From the NCBI GenBank assembly GCA_047495785.1, contig JBLDXI010000015.1:3906001-3970000 (forward strand): DNA of 64,000 nucleotides, given 5' to 3'. The stretch comes from Lepidodermella squamata. Lineage: Eukaryota > Animalia > Gastrotricha. Made by a program: the position numbers and the translations under genes. Below the pieces are notes generated by a model. The model did not search any database. It had not been told where the DNA came from and saw only the letters and a list, made by a program, of their open reading frames with translations. This document shows positions 61,913 to 64,000 of the stretch, in pieces (position 1 is the first letter of the stretch; every line of letters starts with the position of its first letter).

Positions 61913-63228
61913 CTAATCATCAACGCCGCAGTAAGGCGATTCGACTTCGGTGTCAATAAAAAACCGACCAGCAAATTTGTTGACATTCGTATCGTAGAGT
62001 AGCGTTTTATTCGCGTGCCAGCCCATGCGGATGCATTGCTGATAGGGCGCCGTGCATGGTGTACACTTACTAGCCGGGGCCTTTGCGCAACTCCTCGCGA
62101 CATAGAGACACGTCTCGCCGATCGACAAGGTGAATAACTCCAGGGCACGGCGAGATGAACAGCGTTGAGGTAAGTCAGAGTCCTTACCCTCACATTTAGG
62201 TTGGGCGTGAAGGTTCCAATTTACGAAAAAGTCCATATGCCCAACAGCTTCATCCGCACCTAGATCACCCAGACTCACCACACTGTCCCGCTCATTACCA
62301 ACTGAACCACCTGTTGTAGTGTGGATCACATCCACCTGCCCAGCATCGGTCTGATCCAAACATTGATGGCCACATCCCTTAGGCACGGTCGGGTTTAACG
62401 CGCTTATCCTGGCGAGCGGTTCGTGGAATGAATCCTGAAGTTGGGCACAAATGTGAGCTCCGATATCAACGCCGATACAATGAAGACCAAACTGCGGCAA
62501 AATTGTGTGGCGCTTGTTGTAGAGACGATGCAAAAATTTACCTAGAATTCTTGGGAAAGAAATTCGATTAATAATTGAAGAAAAGATTTTTTATAATTTT
62601 ACCTTGCTGCGACTCGAGAATTGCTGAAGGCCGTTGAAGCTCTGCGTTTAAAATTCGCATTGCTGACGACGCTTGTATAACCGCCGAAACTACCTCCCCG
62701 CCAGTCGACGACTATAACGTTACATTCACATCTGTAAACCATTTTCCGGGCCAGTTCGATGACCAAGATATTGGCGGCATTCATGCCAAATCCGTGGACG
62801 AACACCTTCAACGGCCGATCGTCCATGAAATTAACGCTCTCAGCCGTGACCGGTAAATCTTCGACCGTCGACGACTCGGGGGTGTACAGGTAATACCTAA
62901 GCGGCATTCCAACGGGCGGGATGGGTAACGGTAGACCGTTATAAGGTGGCTGGTCGTTCGTGAAGCAAATGCCATCTGCGTAACAAACGCGCCGGCTTTT
63001 GCCCGTGTTAACATCGGGCGTATCGTCGAAACGCTGCCCGAGCCCGGCTACGTTCGTGCCGCTGCTTCTAGCGGTTTTATCCGCCGACGATAATCCACGT
63101 GGTTTGTCCCGGGGCGATTCCGAGCCGATTAACTCGGTGCCTCCGCCTTCGTCCGGGTACAGTTGATTGAGACACCCTGCAGCGGGTCTGATGATCGCAC
63201 TTGAAATAAGCAGAATAGTAAACAGCAT
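61913..63228 (-). CDS. Secreted pancreatic-type lipase-like protein (triad substituted); one intron approx 62541-62602
   Basis: Signal peptide; VCYADGICF, FVHGF, NVIVVDW, HCIGVDIGAH, RISALNP, LDQTDAGQVDVIHT, GHMDFFVN, QPKC, CSSRRA. Confidence 0.85.
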
Positions 63229-64000
63229 AATTCTACGAATAATAGCTACAATTTGAGCGAATAATAAGGCCCACGCTTGTCTGGGAAAAACGACGCCGCT
63301 GCTAAAACTTTGTTGTTTTAGTTAAAGCCGAAAAATTCCTGGCATTTTGTGTGTGTGTGTGTGTATGTCTTCTATAATATTGTGAGCAGCATCTAGCTGT
63401 ATACGTTTTGGAATATAAGTAAGGAATGAAATGTAAGATGATAACGTTATTATAATATTTGCGTTTTATACTGTGATATATACAGATACTTGAAATTTTC
63501 GTAAAATAACACAGCTTTGATTCAAGACTTGCCAAATTAGCATGTGCGCAGTCGCTTTGGCGCCAAAACAAAAAGACACGCGCACGCGACCAAAGCGCGT
63601 CTTTGTGTTTAACGTATTAGGTATAACCTACTCGAGATATTGAATAATGACTGGCTCGCGACTATGGCGAGACAAAACATCACAACGGCGCCGGACGGCA
63701 ACATCCGCCGGTTCTAGAAAATGTCGGATTGATAAACGTGTCCTCATTGCAATGCATTTTGAAGGCGAATCATCGTTGAAAAATGTTAAACAATTACGGC
63801 TTGAAACGTTTTAAATTTCAATTGATTAACCATAAAATCATTTGAACCAAAATAATGGCTCATTTACTTCTATAGAAGAATGTTTTCTTTCCATAACAAC
63901 CAGGCAGCTGTAAAGATTTCTTGGGGAATAATCCCCTATTATGAATTCGAGAATGCTATTGGATAGATTCGAGGCATATTGCAATAGCTTGATCTCCATG

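Overview
Eukaryotic (invertebrate metazoan-like) genomic DNA with short GT-AG introns, mostly 45-70 bp. It holds about 14 protein genes. In order: the 3' part of a Slo1/BK channel gene; a NEK-like kinase fused to ~27 ankyrin repeats; a small RING gene; an NHR-Roc/COR-Death-TIR gene; an intronless GABA-B-like class C GPCR; a DOMON/DM13 (Skeletor-like) gene; three tandem MAM-astacin-EGF genes; a Skeletor C-domain mini-gene; a TMEM45-like gene; a 4xTIR-STAND(NB-ARC-like)-ankyrin gene; a second class C GPCR; and a pancreatic-type lipase-like gene with a duplicated pseudogene fragment. Interspersed are many MITEs (some nested), an RTE-like LINE remnant carrying a polyA/TSD retro-insertion, and a tRNA-derived SINE. 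Three signals stand out. First, a set of non-canonical innate-immune-type receptors: TIR4-STAND-ANK, a CaaX-tailed NHR-Roco-DD-TIR, and a kinase with a homogenised ankyrin array that varies at the binding face. Second, four secreted pseudo-enzymes: three astacins lacking the catalytic Glu and Met-turn, and a lipase with all three triad residues replaced. Third, a BK channel that has lost both the S4 R213 gating charge and the Mg2+ site. Domain calls come from motif recognition by eye, and exon boundaries are manual predictions.
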